A stretch of DNA of 36,605 nt from Anaerolineae bacterium (GCA_027021705.1 JALUTT010000093.1:1-36605); one strand, 5' to 3'; positions 1 to 8,510 are shown, counted from the stretch's first letter. Notes: generated from the letters alone by a model not told the origin. Translations and numbers: made by a program.

Positions 1-56
1 TTGCCCCATTGCCTCGTTCCCTCATTGCCCCATTCCCTCATCCCCTCGTTGCCTCA
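1..56. repeat. Degenerate 8-bp tandem repeat (TTGCCCCA/TTCCCTCA-type, 7 units), may continue beyond the left edge
   Basis: Units read directly: TTGCCCCA TTGCCTCG TTCCCTCA TTGCCCCA TTCCCTCA TCCCCTCG TTGCCTCA; lies downstream of the flippase stop. Confidence 0.75.
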
Positions 57-93
57 CTCCCCATCGCCTCCCCCCCGTCACCCCCTCTCCCCC

Positions 94-1584
94 TCACCCC
101 ATCAGGGCCTGGAGCAGCCGGACCAGGGGGTGGACGCCGGGCCGGTGGGGGCGGTTGGCGGGCCGGAGCCGGAAGATCAGGAGAAAGGCCAGGTAGCTCA
201 GGCCCGCCAGCGCCAGCTTGACGAGGGCCGCCCCGCGCCCCCCCTCGGGCAGGAGCATCAGTGGCAGCGCCAAGCCCACGAGAGGGAGCGCCCCCTCCAC
301 CAGGGGGACGATGGCGGTCGGTCGCCTTGAGGGGACGGAGCGGTGCAGGATGGTAGGTGCCAGGCCCATCAAGGCCACGGTGCCGGCCACCAGGAGGGAG
401 AGGGCAGCCCCCGGCGTCCCCCAGCGCGGCACCAGCCCCACCAGGACGGCGACCTGGGCGATGATGGCCAGCCCGGCGGCCAGAGCCGGTCGGCGCCGAT
501 CCCCCGCGGCCTGGAAGAGGCCGTTGAGCAGGGTGACCAGGGCCAGCAGCAGGCCGCCGACCGCCGCCAGGCGCAGGGCGGGCGCAGCGGCCCGGTAGTG
601 GGCGGGGAAGAGCAGGGTGAGGGCGGTCTGGGGGGCCAGCGCCAGGACGAGGCCGGCCGGCAGGAGCAGCCGTGCCCAGGCCCGCACCGCCGCCTCCCGG
701 TAGCGCGATGTCGTTCCCGCCCTCTCGCCGGCCCGGCTGCCGGCGACGTAGGAGAAGAGGACAAGGGTCAGCGACTGGGCGATGAAGACGGGCGTGCGGG
801 CCAGGATGATGGCCGCCTGGTAGAGACCGGCCATCGCATCCCCCTGTCCGGCGGGGGCCAGCAGCTTCAGCCCCAGGATGTCCAGGTTCAGCATCAGCGC
901 CGGGCCGAGCATGCCGAGGAAGAGGGGGGCGGTGGCGACAACCGCCTGACGGTCGAACCAGCCGGCGCCATGCCACAGGCCGGCCGGGCGCACGATCCAG
1001 AGGCTGTGGGCCAGGGCGATGGCGGTGCCCAGGGCGAAGCCGACCATCACGCCGGTCACACCGCCCCCCAGGGCGACCAGGGCCAGCCCGACGATGACCT
1101 TGACGACGACCTCCCCGGCCAGGTTCAGGGCCACCGGGCCGAAGCGGTAGAGCCCCCGTGCCGCCCCGTTGATGACGGCGCGAGCGGCCAGCAGCACCGT
1201 CGTCAGCCCCACCAGGGGGACGATGAGCCGGTAGGACGGCCCCAGGGGGAGCGCCCCCAGGAGGTAAGCCCCCTCCAGCCCGGCGGCCAGGAGCAGCCCC
1301 AGGAGCACGTTGGCCGTCCAGGTGGCTCGGAACCGCCGGCGGGTCCTGGCCGTCGGCCCCTCGGCGGCCAGGTCGTGGGCGGCCGTCCAGGCGAAGCCGG
1401 AGCCGACGACCAGCGCCGTCAGGAGGAGCAGCGACTGGGCCACCCCCAGCACGCCGAACTGGTCCGGCAGGAAGAACCAGCTCAGGGTGACGCCGAAGGC
1501 ATAGTTCAGGCCGGCGGTGACGAAGAAACTGGCGATAAGCATCAGGCTGTGTCGAGTCACATTGCGCATCGGTCTGTGGTCCAT
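94..1584 (-). CDS. Oligosaccharide flippase (Wzx/MOP family) membrane protein
   Basis: 496 aa with many hydrophobic segments; N-terminal 'RHSLMLIASFFVTAGLNYAF...PDQFG' pattern and mid 'AGLYQAA...R' motif typical of Wzx-like exporters; clustered with a GT4. Confidence 0.8.
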   Translation of the reverse strand: MDHRPMRNVTRHSLMLIASFFVTAGLNYAFGVTLSWFFLPDQFGVLGVAQSLLLLTALVVGSGFAWTAAHDLAAEGPTARTRRRFRATWTANVLLGLLLAAGLEGAYLLGALPLGPSYRLIVPLVGLTTVLLAARAVINGAARGLYRFGPVALNLAGEVVVKVIVGLALVALGGGVTGVMVGFALGTAIALAHSLWIVRPAGLWHGAGWFDRQAVVATAPLFLGMLGPALMLNLDILGLKLLAPAGQGDAMAGLYQAAIILARTPVFIAQSLTLVLFSYVAGSRAGERAGTTSRYREAAVRAWARLLLPAGLVLALAPQTALTLLFPAHYRAAAPALRLAAVGGLLLALVTLLNGLFQAAGDRRRPALAAGLAIIAQVAVLVGLVPRWGTPGAALSLLVAGTVALMGLAPTILHRSVPSRRPTAIVPLVEGALPLVGLALPLMLLPEGGRGAALVKLALAGLSYLAFLLIFRLRPANRPHRPGVHPLVRLLQALMG

Positions 1585-1585
1585 G

Positions 1586-1613
1586 TTGCGTGTTACGTGT
1601 TGTGTGTTACGTG
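1586..1613. repeat. 7-bp tandem repeat (TTRYGTG x4; CACRYAA on the mRNA strand)
   Basis: TTGCGTG TTACGTG TTGTGTG TTACGTG; reverse complement of the tract at 12227-12258. Confidence 0.75.
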
Positions 1614-1632
1614 GTCCATACTGGACGCCATC

Positions 1633-1704
1633 CGCTATGCCGCTACGTCGCTATGCCGCTACGTCGCTACGTCGCTACGCCGCCATGCCGCTACGCCGCT
1701 ACAC
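1633..1704. repeat. 8-bp tandem repeat CGCTAYGY, 9 units
   Basis: CGCTATGC CGCTACGT CGCTATGC CGCTACGT CGCTACGT CGCTACGC CGCCATGC CGCTACGC CGCTACAC. Confidence 0.9.
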
Positions 1705-1710
1705 CGCCCC

Positions 1711-2889
1711 CTACCAATCCCGTCGGCAGCAGCGGACGCAGGCCGGGAAGAGCCCTTCCTGCCTCAGCTTGCGCCGGAAGTCGCGCATCTTCTCGCCGTT
1801 CCAGACGGTGGTGAACCCCTCGCGGGCCACGTTGCCTACCCGCAGTTCCGGCAGCCCCCAGCAGGCGCTGACGTCGCCGTTGGGCAGGACCTGCATCTCC
1901 CGCCAGGGGGCCGTGCAGCGGCGGGTGAAAGGGTAGTCCAGGTCGTGGTACCCCCGGGGGTCCTTGAGCAGCCCCGCCGGGTGGAAGCGGAGGGCCAGGC
2001 CGTTGCGGGGGGCCTTGCGCACCGCCTCCAGCTCCTCCACGAGCCGATCCACGTCAATGCCGATCCCGCAGTCGTTCTCGAACCCTTCAGCCGAAGTGGC
2101 CGGCACGTCGAAGAGCCGCTGCATCACCCGCTGCTGTTCCCACTCGATCTCCGGGTTGGTGAACATCAGCCCCTGGAACTCCAACTGGTCCACCCCCACC
2201 TCCTCGGCGATCTGGACCATCTCCCGCAGCCGGGTGTAGGTCAGGTTGGTGATGACGGTGTTGAAGGAGAGGATGGGGGTGGTGCGCCCCAGCTTCTGTC
2301 GGGCTGCGCGGACGGCGGCCACCGTCTCCAACACGCGGTCGAAGGAGCGGGGGTTGACGCGCATCGCCGTGTGGGCGTCGCGGGGGCCGTCCAGCGAGAG
2401 GGTGAGCCAGTCCAGCCCCGCCTCCACCAACTCCTCGGCCAGGTCGGGGGTGAAGTAACCGTTGGAGTTGGCGGCGCAGGTGAGCCCCCGCCTTTTGACG
2501 TGGCGGATCAGCTCGATGGCGTCCTTGCGCAGAAAGGGCTCCCCGCCGACCAACTGGATGTGGGGCCGGAAGAAGGCGACCTCGTCCACGAGGCGCTTCC
2601 ACTGCTCCAAGCTCATCTCCTCCTCACGGCGGAAGGTGAAGGGAGCCAGGGTATCCTTCTTGCGCTCGGCTTCGTAGAGGAAGCAGTGCTTGCAGCGCAG
2701 GTTACAGCGATAGGTCAGGATGAAGGTCAGGAACTCCGGCCAGAGGGCCCGACCGTCCTTCCAGAAGCGATAGTCCCAGAAGTGGAGCCGGCGGAACCGG
2801 TTGCGCAGCTCCCGGACGACGTAGCCGGGGCTGCCGGCCGCCCGGCGAAGACGAACGCGCCAGGTGTTCATGCCATTTCGGACCAACAT
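1711..2889 (-). CDS. Radical SAM protein with SPASM/twitch domain
   Basis: CNLRCKHC (CxxxCxxC), GGEP motif, C-terminal 'CTAPW...PNGDVSACW...CVRCC'; ATG at 2889 preceded by GGAGGAGG. Confidence 0.9.
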   Translation of the reverse strand: MLVRNGMNTWRVRLRRAAGSPGYVVRELRNRFRRLHFWDYRFWKDGRALWPEFLTFILTYRCNLRCKHCFLYEAERKKDTLAPFTFRREEEMSLEQWKRLVDEVAFFRPHIQLVGGEPFLRKDAIELIRHVKRRGLTCAANSNGYFTPDLAEELVEAGLDWLTLSLDGPRDAHTAMRVNPRSFDRVLETVAAVRAARQKLGRTTPILSFNTVITNLTYTRLREMVQIAEEVGVDQLEFQGLMFTNPEIEWEQQRVMQRLFDVPATSAEGFENDCGIGIDVDRLVEELEAVRKAPRNGLALRFHPAGLLKDPRGYHDLDYPFTRRCTAPWREMQVLPNGDVSACWGLPELRVGNVAREGFTTVWNGEKMRDFRRKLRQEGLFPACVRCCRRDW

Positions 2890-2914
2890 GGGCACCCCTC
2901 CTCCATAATGAACT

Positions 2915-3003
2915 CTCCCGCAGGTTCCCCCACGGCCTGAGGCGCGTCATAGGCAGCCTCCGATAAGCCGTTGCCGCGCCGGACACCGCGTGACCTGCGG
3001 GAG
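2915..3003. repeat. Intergenic palindromic element bounded by CTCCCGCAGGT...ACCTGCGGGAG
   Basis: 11-bp perfect inverted repeat (2915-2925, 2993-3003) identical to the MITE inner repeat, but with unrelated interior. Confidence 0.7.
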
Positions 3004-3012
3004 GTAATAGCC

Positions 3013-4143
3013 CTATCCCGCGATTTCCGGCAACTCGACCCGGCGGGGGACTTCGACGGGAGAGAAGCTGGGGACGGTGATGGGCCGGGTGACGAGACGG
3101 TTGAAGACCCGCTCGTAGCCAAAGATCACCCGTTCCCAGGGGTAGAGGCGGGCTTTGGCCTGGGCCAGGCTGGCCAGGTGCACCCGCAGGGGAACGTCGT
3201 CGCGCAGACGGATGAGCACCTCCCGCAGCGCCTGCACGTCGCCGGCGGGGAAGGTGAACCCTTCGTTGCCCACCACGTCGGCCACGCCGGGCAGGTGGGA
3301 GGCGACGGGGACGCAGCCGGCGGCCATCCCCTCCAACAGCGCGATGCCGAAGGCCTCGGAGCGGGTGAGCGAGGGCAGGACCAGGACGTGGGCCTCGTGC
3401 AGGCGGCGGATCATCGCCTCGTCGGGCAGGGAGCCCCAGAAGGTGACGTTCTCCAGCGCCAGCTCAGCCGCCCGGCGGCGGTAGGCCTCGGCTCCGTGGC
3501 CGTTGCCGATGACCCAGAGGCGCACATCGGGGAGGCCGGCGCAGGCTTCCAGCAACACCGGCAGCCCCTTGTAGGGCCGGAGCTGGCCCAAGAAGACGAC
3601 GGTGAAGGGGTCCGGCTTCTCCACCGGAGCGACGAAGCGCTCGAAGTCCACGCCCCAGGGGATGACGGAGAGCTTCTGCGGGGGCACGTAGCGGGAGAGT
3701 CGCTGCCGGTAGGCCGGCGTCGTCACCACCACGTGGTCGGCCAGACGGGCCAGCCACTCCTGGAGCTTGTTGTAGGGCTGGGTCAGGAAGAGCAGCGGGA
3801 AGCTGCGCAGGTCTATCGGCGCGTGATAGGTGTAGACCAGCCGGGGACGGCTCGGCCCTAATCCCCGCAGCCCCCACAACAGGAAGACATCGCTGAAGGT
3901 GGGGACCGGACCGTGCAGGTGGATCAGATCGTACTCCCGGAACCGTTCTTTCAAGTGGGGAAGTTTGAGGGGCATCGAGGAGAGCCGTATCTCACCCCAT
4001 TCGACGCGCGGGACCTCCTGTAGAGACAGGATCTCCACGTGGTGGCCCTGGGCTCGCAGCCCTCGGCTGAGCTTATCGGCCACACGAGCGATGCCACTCT
4101 TCACCGGTGGTGCCTCGGAGATCACCAACAAGATCTTCATCAT
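3013..4143 (-). CDS. Glycosyltransferase family 4 (GT-B)
   Basis: 'MKILLVISEAPPVKSG', 'GQLRPYKG', 'EAFGIALLEGMAAG' (ExxxxxxxE motif). Confidence 0.92.
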   Translation of the reverse strand: MMKILLVISEAPPVKSGIARVADKLSRGLRAQGHHVEILSLQEVPRVEWGEIRLSSMPLKLPHLKERFREYDLIHLHGPVPTFSDVFLLWGLRGLGPSRPRLVYTYHAPIDLRSFPLLFLTQPYNKLQEWLARLADHVVVTTPAYRQRLSRYVPPQKLSVIPWGVDFERFVAPVEKPDPFTVVFLGQLRPYKGLPVLLEACAGLPDVRLWVIGNGHGAEAYRRRAAELALENVTFWGSLPDEAMIRRLHEAHVLVLPSLTRSEAFGIALLEGMAAGCVPVASHLPGVADVVGNEGFTFPAGDVQALREVLIRLRDDVPLRVHLASLAQAKARLYPWERVIFGYERVFNRLVTRPITVPSFSPVEVPRRVELPEIAG

Positions 4144-4386
4144 ACCCCCCCTCCTGGAGTTGATGGATAGCCTGCCCGTGCAACGCCCCGTTCACCGGGT
4201 ATTCACCGGATGCGTGGGCGCAACGCTGCGTCCTCATTTCAAAAGCACCCGATTAACGTCACTAGACAGGACCAGAGCGTTGATTCACCCTGCATAACGG
4301 GAAAGAGGGGGATGAGATACGGGTCCAATGTTAACGGAAATTTAACGGCGGCTTCTAGAAATGGGACACGGAGGAACGTGGCTCGA

Positions 4387-4450
4387 ACGGATTTGCACGG
4401 ATGACCTTCAAAGGACTTGTGTTATCGGCCGAATCCGTGTATATCCGTGT
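4387..4450. repeat. REP-like palindrome, ACGGAT/ATCCGT type
   Basis: ACGGATttgcACGGAT ... aATCCGTgtatATCCGTg; related element at 32694-32816. Confidence 0.6.
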
Positions 4451-4486
4451 TCCATATCGTTGTGCAAGTTCCCCATCACCTCCTGT

Positions 4487-4515
4487 TTGACCGGGGGGAC
4501 AATCAATGCTACACT
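4487..4515 (+). promoter_or_regulatory. sigma70-type promoter of the methyltransferase gene
   Basis: TTGACC-17 bp-TACACT with TG extended -10. Confidence 0.65.
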
Positions 4516-4519
4516 GGGA

Positions 4520-4641
4520 GTATCTATTCAGCCTACCCTCCCGCAGGTCACCGGTGGAGGGCGCTTTCAGCCCCTATGGGCTATTGGAAGCACGGTTTCG
4601 CGTCGGAAACGCGCCTAACCTGCGGGAGGGTAAACAGTTAC
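4520..4641 (-). mobile_element. MITE copy 1 (122 bp), inverted relative to copies 2 and 3
   Basis: Ends GTATCTATTCA...TAAACAGTTAC; flanked by CACTGGGA (4512-4519) and CCCTGGGA (4642-4649), an 8-bp TSD with one mismatch. Confidence 0.88.
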
Positions 4642-4651
4642 CCCTGGGAAT

Positions 4652-5305
4652 ATGCAGGTTTTGACAGGTCTCCGACGGCTCTGGTTCTCCCTCGTCCGTC
4701 TGGGCTTCCGCCTGCTCTACCACGAGCTGGCCTGGACCTACGACGGCGTGGCCTGGCTGGTCTCTCGGGGACGGTGGTGGACCTGGGGGGAGCAGGCGCT
4801 GCCCCGGCTGCGAGGAGAGCGCGTGCTGGAACTGGCCCACGGCACCGGTCACCTGCTGGTCACGATGCACCGGGCCGGCCTCCGGCCCGTGGGGGTGGAC
4901 CTCTCCCCTCAGATGGGTCGGCTGGCCCAACGACGACTGGGCCGGGCCGGCTGCGCCGTGCCCCTCGTCCGGGCCCAGGCCCAGGCTCTTCCCTTCCCCT
5001 CGGCCAGCTTCGACAGCATCGTCGCCACCTTCCCCACCGACTTCATCGTGGACCCCTGCACCCTGGACGAAGTGGCCCGTCTGCTCCGCCCTCAGGGCCG
5101 TCTGGTCGTCGTGATAGGCGCCCGCTTCACCGGTCGGGGGGTACTGTCTCGGCTGCTGGAGGGGCTCTACCGGATCACCGGTCAACGCGAACCGCTGGCC
5201 GAAGACCTGGAGGAGCGGTTCCATCAGGCCGGCCTCACCGTCTGGACGGAGACGGAGACGGTCTGGGAGAGCACTGTTGTCCTGCTGGTGGCCCGGCCCC
5301 GCTGA
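4652..5305 (+). CDS. Class I SAM-dependent methyltransferase (UbiE-like)
   Basis: Motif I 'VLELAHGTG', 'GVDLSPQM', 'ALPFPSASFDSIV', 'RLLRPQGRL'. Confidence 0.88.
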   Translation: MQVLTGLRRLWFSLVRLGFRLLYHELAWTYDGVAWLVSRGRWWTWGEQALPRLRGERVLELAHGTGHLLVTMHRAGLRPVGVDLSPQMGRLAQRRLGRAGCAVPLVRAQAQALPFPSASFDSIVATFPTDFIVDPCTLDEVARLLRPQGRLVVVIGARFTGRGVLSRLLEGLYRITGQREPLAEDLEERFHQAGLTVWTETETVWESTVVLLVARPR

Positions 5306-5367
5306 GGGAATCCCGAGGAACTCTCCCCGCCCCATCCGTGAGGCAGCGAAGGGGGCGCCGGGATTTG

Positions 5368-5396
5368 TTGGCGTTTCCCCCCAACTATGTTATAAT
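5368..5396 (+). promoter_or_regulatory. Distal sigma70-type promoter upstream of nuoA
   Basis: TTGGCG-17 bp-TATAAT with TG extension. Confidence 0.65.
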
Positions 5397-5496
5397 CTGA
5401 AGCCAGGGCTGACGGAAATGCGATCCACTCTCGGAAGCGCCCACACCTAAGCAAAAGCCCCCTATCCATACCACCCAAATTTTCCCTGCCTGGGTA

Positions 5497-5525
5497 TTGC
5501 CTTTTCGCGCTAGCTGTGCTATAAT
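5497..5525 (+). promoter_or_regulatory. Proximal sigma70-type promoter upstream of nuoA
   Basis: TTGCCT-17 bp-TATAAT with TG extension. Confidence 0.7.
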
Positions 5526-5687
5526 AGTTGCCGTTTGTGACATCCTCTACGAAGTGATCATCCCCCGGACCCTGGTCGTCGGGGTCGCTGGAACCGACGA
5601 CAGGTCATCAACGAGCTTCCCTTCCCGCACCCCAGCCAGGGTTCCCGGCCGAGATCGGACCGCGACCAACACCAAAGGAGTGGCCCC

Positions 5688-6044
5688 TTGCGCAACGAGT
5701 TCGCCTTCATCGGCCTTCTGTTGCTCGTCACCCTTGGTCTCAACAGCGTGATCCTCTTCGTCGCCCGGCTGATCCGACCGGCCAAGCCCAACCCCATCAA
5801 AGCGGAAACCTACGAGTGCGGCATCGAGGTGGTCGGTAATGCCTGGGTCCAGTTCAAGGCTCAGTACTACATCTACGCCCTGGTCTTCGTCATCTTCGAC
5901 ATCGAGGCTGCTTTCCTCTTCCCCTGGGCCGTCGCCTTCGACCAACTTCCCCTCTTCGCTATCGTCGAGATGATCATCTTCCTCCTGATCTTGCTGGCGG
6001 CCCTGGTCTACGTCTGGCGTAAAGGGGACCTGGAGTGGGTGTAG
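5688..6044 (+). CDS. nuoA: NADH-quinone oxidoreductase subunit A
   Basis: 'K.ETYECG', 'YYIYALVFVIFDIEAAFLFPWA', 'WRKGDLEW'; TTG start after AAAGGAG. Confidence 0.96.
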   Translation: MRNEFAFIGLLLLVTLGLNSVILFVARLIRPAKPNPIKAETYECGIEVVGNAWVQFKAQYYIYALVFVIFDIEAAFLFPWAVAFDQLPLFAIVEMIIFLLILLAALVYVWRKGDLEWV

Positions 6045-6065
6045 ACGAGCCGGCTATGAAGAGAA

Positions 6066-6101
6066 AAGCCCCATGCCTCCTCAGGTCGTGGGGCCTTTGT
6101 T
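6066..6101 (+). terminator. Hairpin with short T-rich tail between nuoA and nuoH (possible weak terminator or processing stem)
   Basis: GCCCCATG-CCT...AGG-TCGTGGGGC followed by CTTTGTT. Confidence 0.35.
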
Positions 6102-6144
6102 GTGCTCGGTTTCCCCAACCCCCAACGATCGCGGAGGGTAGCAG

Positions 6145-7317
6145 ATGCCCCTCAAAGGCACGTTCCTGGAGACCTGGTTGCTGGGTTTCCTCTCCCCAAG
6201 CCTGACCGATTTCCTCCTGAATCTCGTGATGGCCGTCATCGTTGCCCTTGTCGCCACGCTCCCTATCGTCGTGTTGACCTGGATGGAGCGCAAGGTCGTC
6301 GCCCGCATCCAAGACCGGATCGGACCGAACCTGGCTGGCCCCTATGGTATGCTACAGGCCATCGCCGACGCCATCAAGATGTTTACCAAAGAGGACACGA
6401 TGCCGGCCGAGGCCGATCGGGTGGTCTACAACATCGCCCCCATCGCGATGGCCGCCGCCGCGATGATGACCTACGCCGTCTTTCCCTGGAGTCCCGGCGT
6501 GGTCGGCGCGGACCTGAACATCGGGGTGCTCTACTTCCTGGCGATGGGCGCGGCCACCACCGTGGTGGTGTTGATGGCCGGCTGGGGGTCGAACAACAAG
6601 TACGCCCTGCTGGGGGCCTTCCGGGCCGTCGCCCAGCTCATCAGCTACGAGATCCCCCAGGTGCTGGCCCTGATGGTGCCCATTATGTTCGCCGGTACCA
6701 TGTCCACGGTGGGCATCGTCCAGAAGCAAGAGGTGATCTACGCCCTCCTCTTCCCCGTCTCCTTCCTCGCCTTCCTCATCGCCGGCATCGCCGAGACGGG
6801 GCGCTCGCCCTTCGACCTCCTGGAGGCGGAATCGGAGATCGTGGCCGGCTACCACACCGAGTACAGTGGGATGAAGTTCGCCCTCTTCTTCCTGGCCGAG
6901 TACGCCGCCACCTTCGGCGTCGCGGTGATCACGGCGGTGGCCTTCCTGGGCGGCTGGCGCTTCTTCGGCCTGGAGACCCGGCTGCCCTTCCTGGCCCCCA
7001 TCATCCTGGTCCTCAAGGCTCTGCTCATCGTCTTCGTCCTGATGTGGATCCGGGGGACCCTGCCCCGTTTCCGCATTGACCACCTGCTGGCCTTCAACTG
7101 GAAGTTCCTGGTGCCGCTGACCCTGATCAACATCGTGGTGGTCGCCATCGTGGGAAAGGTGGTGAGCGGGGCCCCCTTCGGTGTTCAGGCGGTGGTCCTG
7201 CTGGCCTCCAACCTGGTCCTGCTCTTCGGAGCCCTCGCCGTCCTGGGGGCCGCCGGCCGGCGGGCCCGTCGCCAGTGGGAGGAACGGATCGCGTCCATCG
7301 GTGGGGTGTCGTCGTAA
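6145..7317 (+). CDS. nuoH: NADH-quinone oxidoreductase subunit H
   Basis: 'ERKVVARIQDRIGPN', 'GWGSNNKYALLG', 'PFDLLEAESEIVAGYHTEYSG', 'LPRFRID'. Confidence 0.97.
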   Translation: MPLKGTFLETWLLGFLSPSLTDFLLNLVMAVIVALVATLPIVVLTWMERKVVARIQDRIGPNLAGPYGMLQAIADAIKMFTKEDTMPAEADRVVYNIAPIAMAAAAMMTYAVFPWSPGVVGADLNIGVLYFLAMGAATTVVVLMAGWGSNNKYALLGAFRAVAQLISYEIPQVLALMVPIMFAGTMSTVGIVQKQEVIYALLFPVSFLAFLIAGIAETGRSPFDLLEAESEIVAGYHTEYSGMKFALFFLAEYAATFGVAVITAVAFLGGWRFFGLETRLPFLAPIILVLKALLIVFVLMWIRGTLPRFRIDHLLAFNWKFLVPLTLINIVVVAIVGKVVSGAPFGVQAVVLLASNLVLLFGALAVLGAAGRRARRQWEERIASIGGVSS

Positions 7318-7423
7318 GCTCTCAAGTCCGGGCAGGAGACCGTAGCTTGATGACAGCCCCACGCCAGGTGGCCAAGGTCGTTCAACGAAGGTCTCTCCTC
7401 TTCTCTGAAAAGCATACGGAGCC

Positions 7424-7545
7424 GTAACTGTTCACCCTCCCGCAGGTTAGGCGTGTTTCCGACGCGAAACCGTGCTTCAAATAGCCCATCGGGGCTGAAA
7501 GCGCCCTCGACCGGTGACCTGCGGGAGGGTAGGCTGAATAGATAC
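7424..7545 (+). mobile_element. MITE copy 2 (122 bp) between nuoH and nuoJ
   Basis: Ends GTAACTGTTCA...TGAATAGATAC; perfect 8-bp TSD ACGGAGCC (7416-7423, 7546-7553). Confidence 0.92.
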
Positions 7546-7557
7546 ACGGAGCCTCTT

Positions 7558-8061
7558 ATGACCGTAGCAAAAGGGGTATTCCTCATCCTCAGTGCCGTTA
7601 CCCTGGGCAGCGCCCTGGCCGTGGTCACCCAACGAAACCTCTTCCACGCTGCCCTCTTCCTGATCCTTTCCTTCTTCGGTGTCGCAGGACTCTATGTGCT
7701 CCTGGATGCGGCTTTCCTGGCCGGCATCCAGGTCCTTATCTACATCGGAGCGATCGCCATCCTTATCATCTTCGCCGTGATGCTGACCCGGCAGATGATG
7801 AGGCCGGTGGAGCCCCAGGTCAACCTCCAGTGGGCTTGGGCCGCCGGCCTTTCCTTTGCCTTTCTGGCCCTTGTCCTGTGGGTAACCCTGCGCATCCCCT
7901 GGCCGGAGCAGGTCAGCGTCCCGGTCACCGCCGAGAGCATCACCCGGCTGGGGCAGGCTCTGATGGACCCCCAGCAGTACGTGCTGCCCTTTGAGGTCGC
8001 TTCGGTCCTGCTGTTCGTCGCGCTGGTTGGCTCTGTCGCCATCGCCCGAGAGCGCGACTGA
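7558..8061 (+). CDS. nuoJ: NADH-quinone oxidoreductase subunit J
   Basis: 'QVLIYIGAIAILIIFAVML', 'YVLPFEVASVLL'; ATG at 7558 after GGAG (the longer ORF start lies inside the MITE). Confidence 0.95.
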   Translation: MTVAKGVFLILSAVTLGSALAVVTQRNLFHAALFLILSFFGVAGLYVLLDAAFLAGIQVLIYIGAIAILIIFAVMLTRQMMRPVEPQVNLQWAWAAGLSFAFLALVLWVTLRIPWPEQVSVPVTAESITRLGQALMDPQQYVLPFEVASVLLFVALVGSVAIARERD

Positions 8062-8088
8062 ACCACCCCCCTTGTACGGAGCCGAACG

Positions 8089-8397
8089 ATGATCCCGCTC
8101 TCCTGGTACCTCATCGTCGCCACAGCCCTCTTCGCCATCGGGCTGTACGGGGCGTTGAGCCGACGCAACGCCATCGCCATCCTGATGGGCATCGAACTGA
8201 TGCTCAACGCCGTCAACATCAACCTGGTCGCCTTCTGGCGCTACCTCACGCCCCACCGGATAACCGGCCAGGCCTTCGCCATCTTCGTCTTCGCTGTGGC
8301 CGCCGCCGAGGCGGCCGTCGGCCTGGCGCTGATCATCTCCGTCTACCGCAACCGGGATACGGTGGACGTGGAGAAGATCAACCTGCTGAAATGGTGA
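8089..8397 (+). CDS. nuoK: NADH-quinone oxidoreductase subunit K
   Basis: '[21 protein letters not shown]', '[10 protein letters not shown]'. Confidence 0.97.
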   Translation: MIPLSWYLIVATALFAIGLYGALSRRNAIAILMGIELMLNAVNINLVAFWRYLTPHRITGQAFAIFVFAVAAAEAAVGLALIISVYRNRDTVDVEKINLLKW

Positions 8398-8510
8398 CGG
8401 GGGGACAAGCTCCCGAGGGTCCGCCCCGGTGGCCGAGGCAGTGCGGACCCATCGGGCCTAGCAGTCTCCCCCGGCGGATCCTATATCCCTGACCTGATCG
8501 AGGTATCTCT

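Noticed and set aside
1633..1704. Tandem repeats or the three 122-bp elements as a CRISPR array
   Set aside because: No repeat-spacer alternation and no cas genes; the 122-bp copies are dispersed and have TSDs
343..2940. 865-aa plus-strand ORF and other long antisense ORFs (e.g. 8940-10442, 10842-12620, 21484-23247, 28786-31839, 32976-34658)
   Set aside because: Shadow frames opposite well-supported genes in high-GC DNA; no recognisable motifs
7318..7415. Possible nuoI remnant between nuoH and the MITE
   Set aside because: No CxxCxxC or NuoI-like peptide seen; only a modest stem (GGAGACC/GGTCTC)
7453..7557. N-terminal extension of the NuoJ ORF
   Set aside because: Translated MITE sequence; the same peptide (FPTRNRASNSP) appears in the ORF crossing MITE copy 1; the real start is ATG 7558
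8398..8480. Long GC-rich hairpin between nuoK and nuoL as a terminator or ncRNA
   Set aside because: No U-tract, single copy and no family resemblance; such stems are common at this GC content
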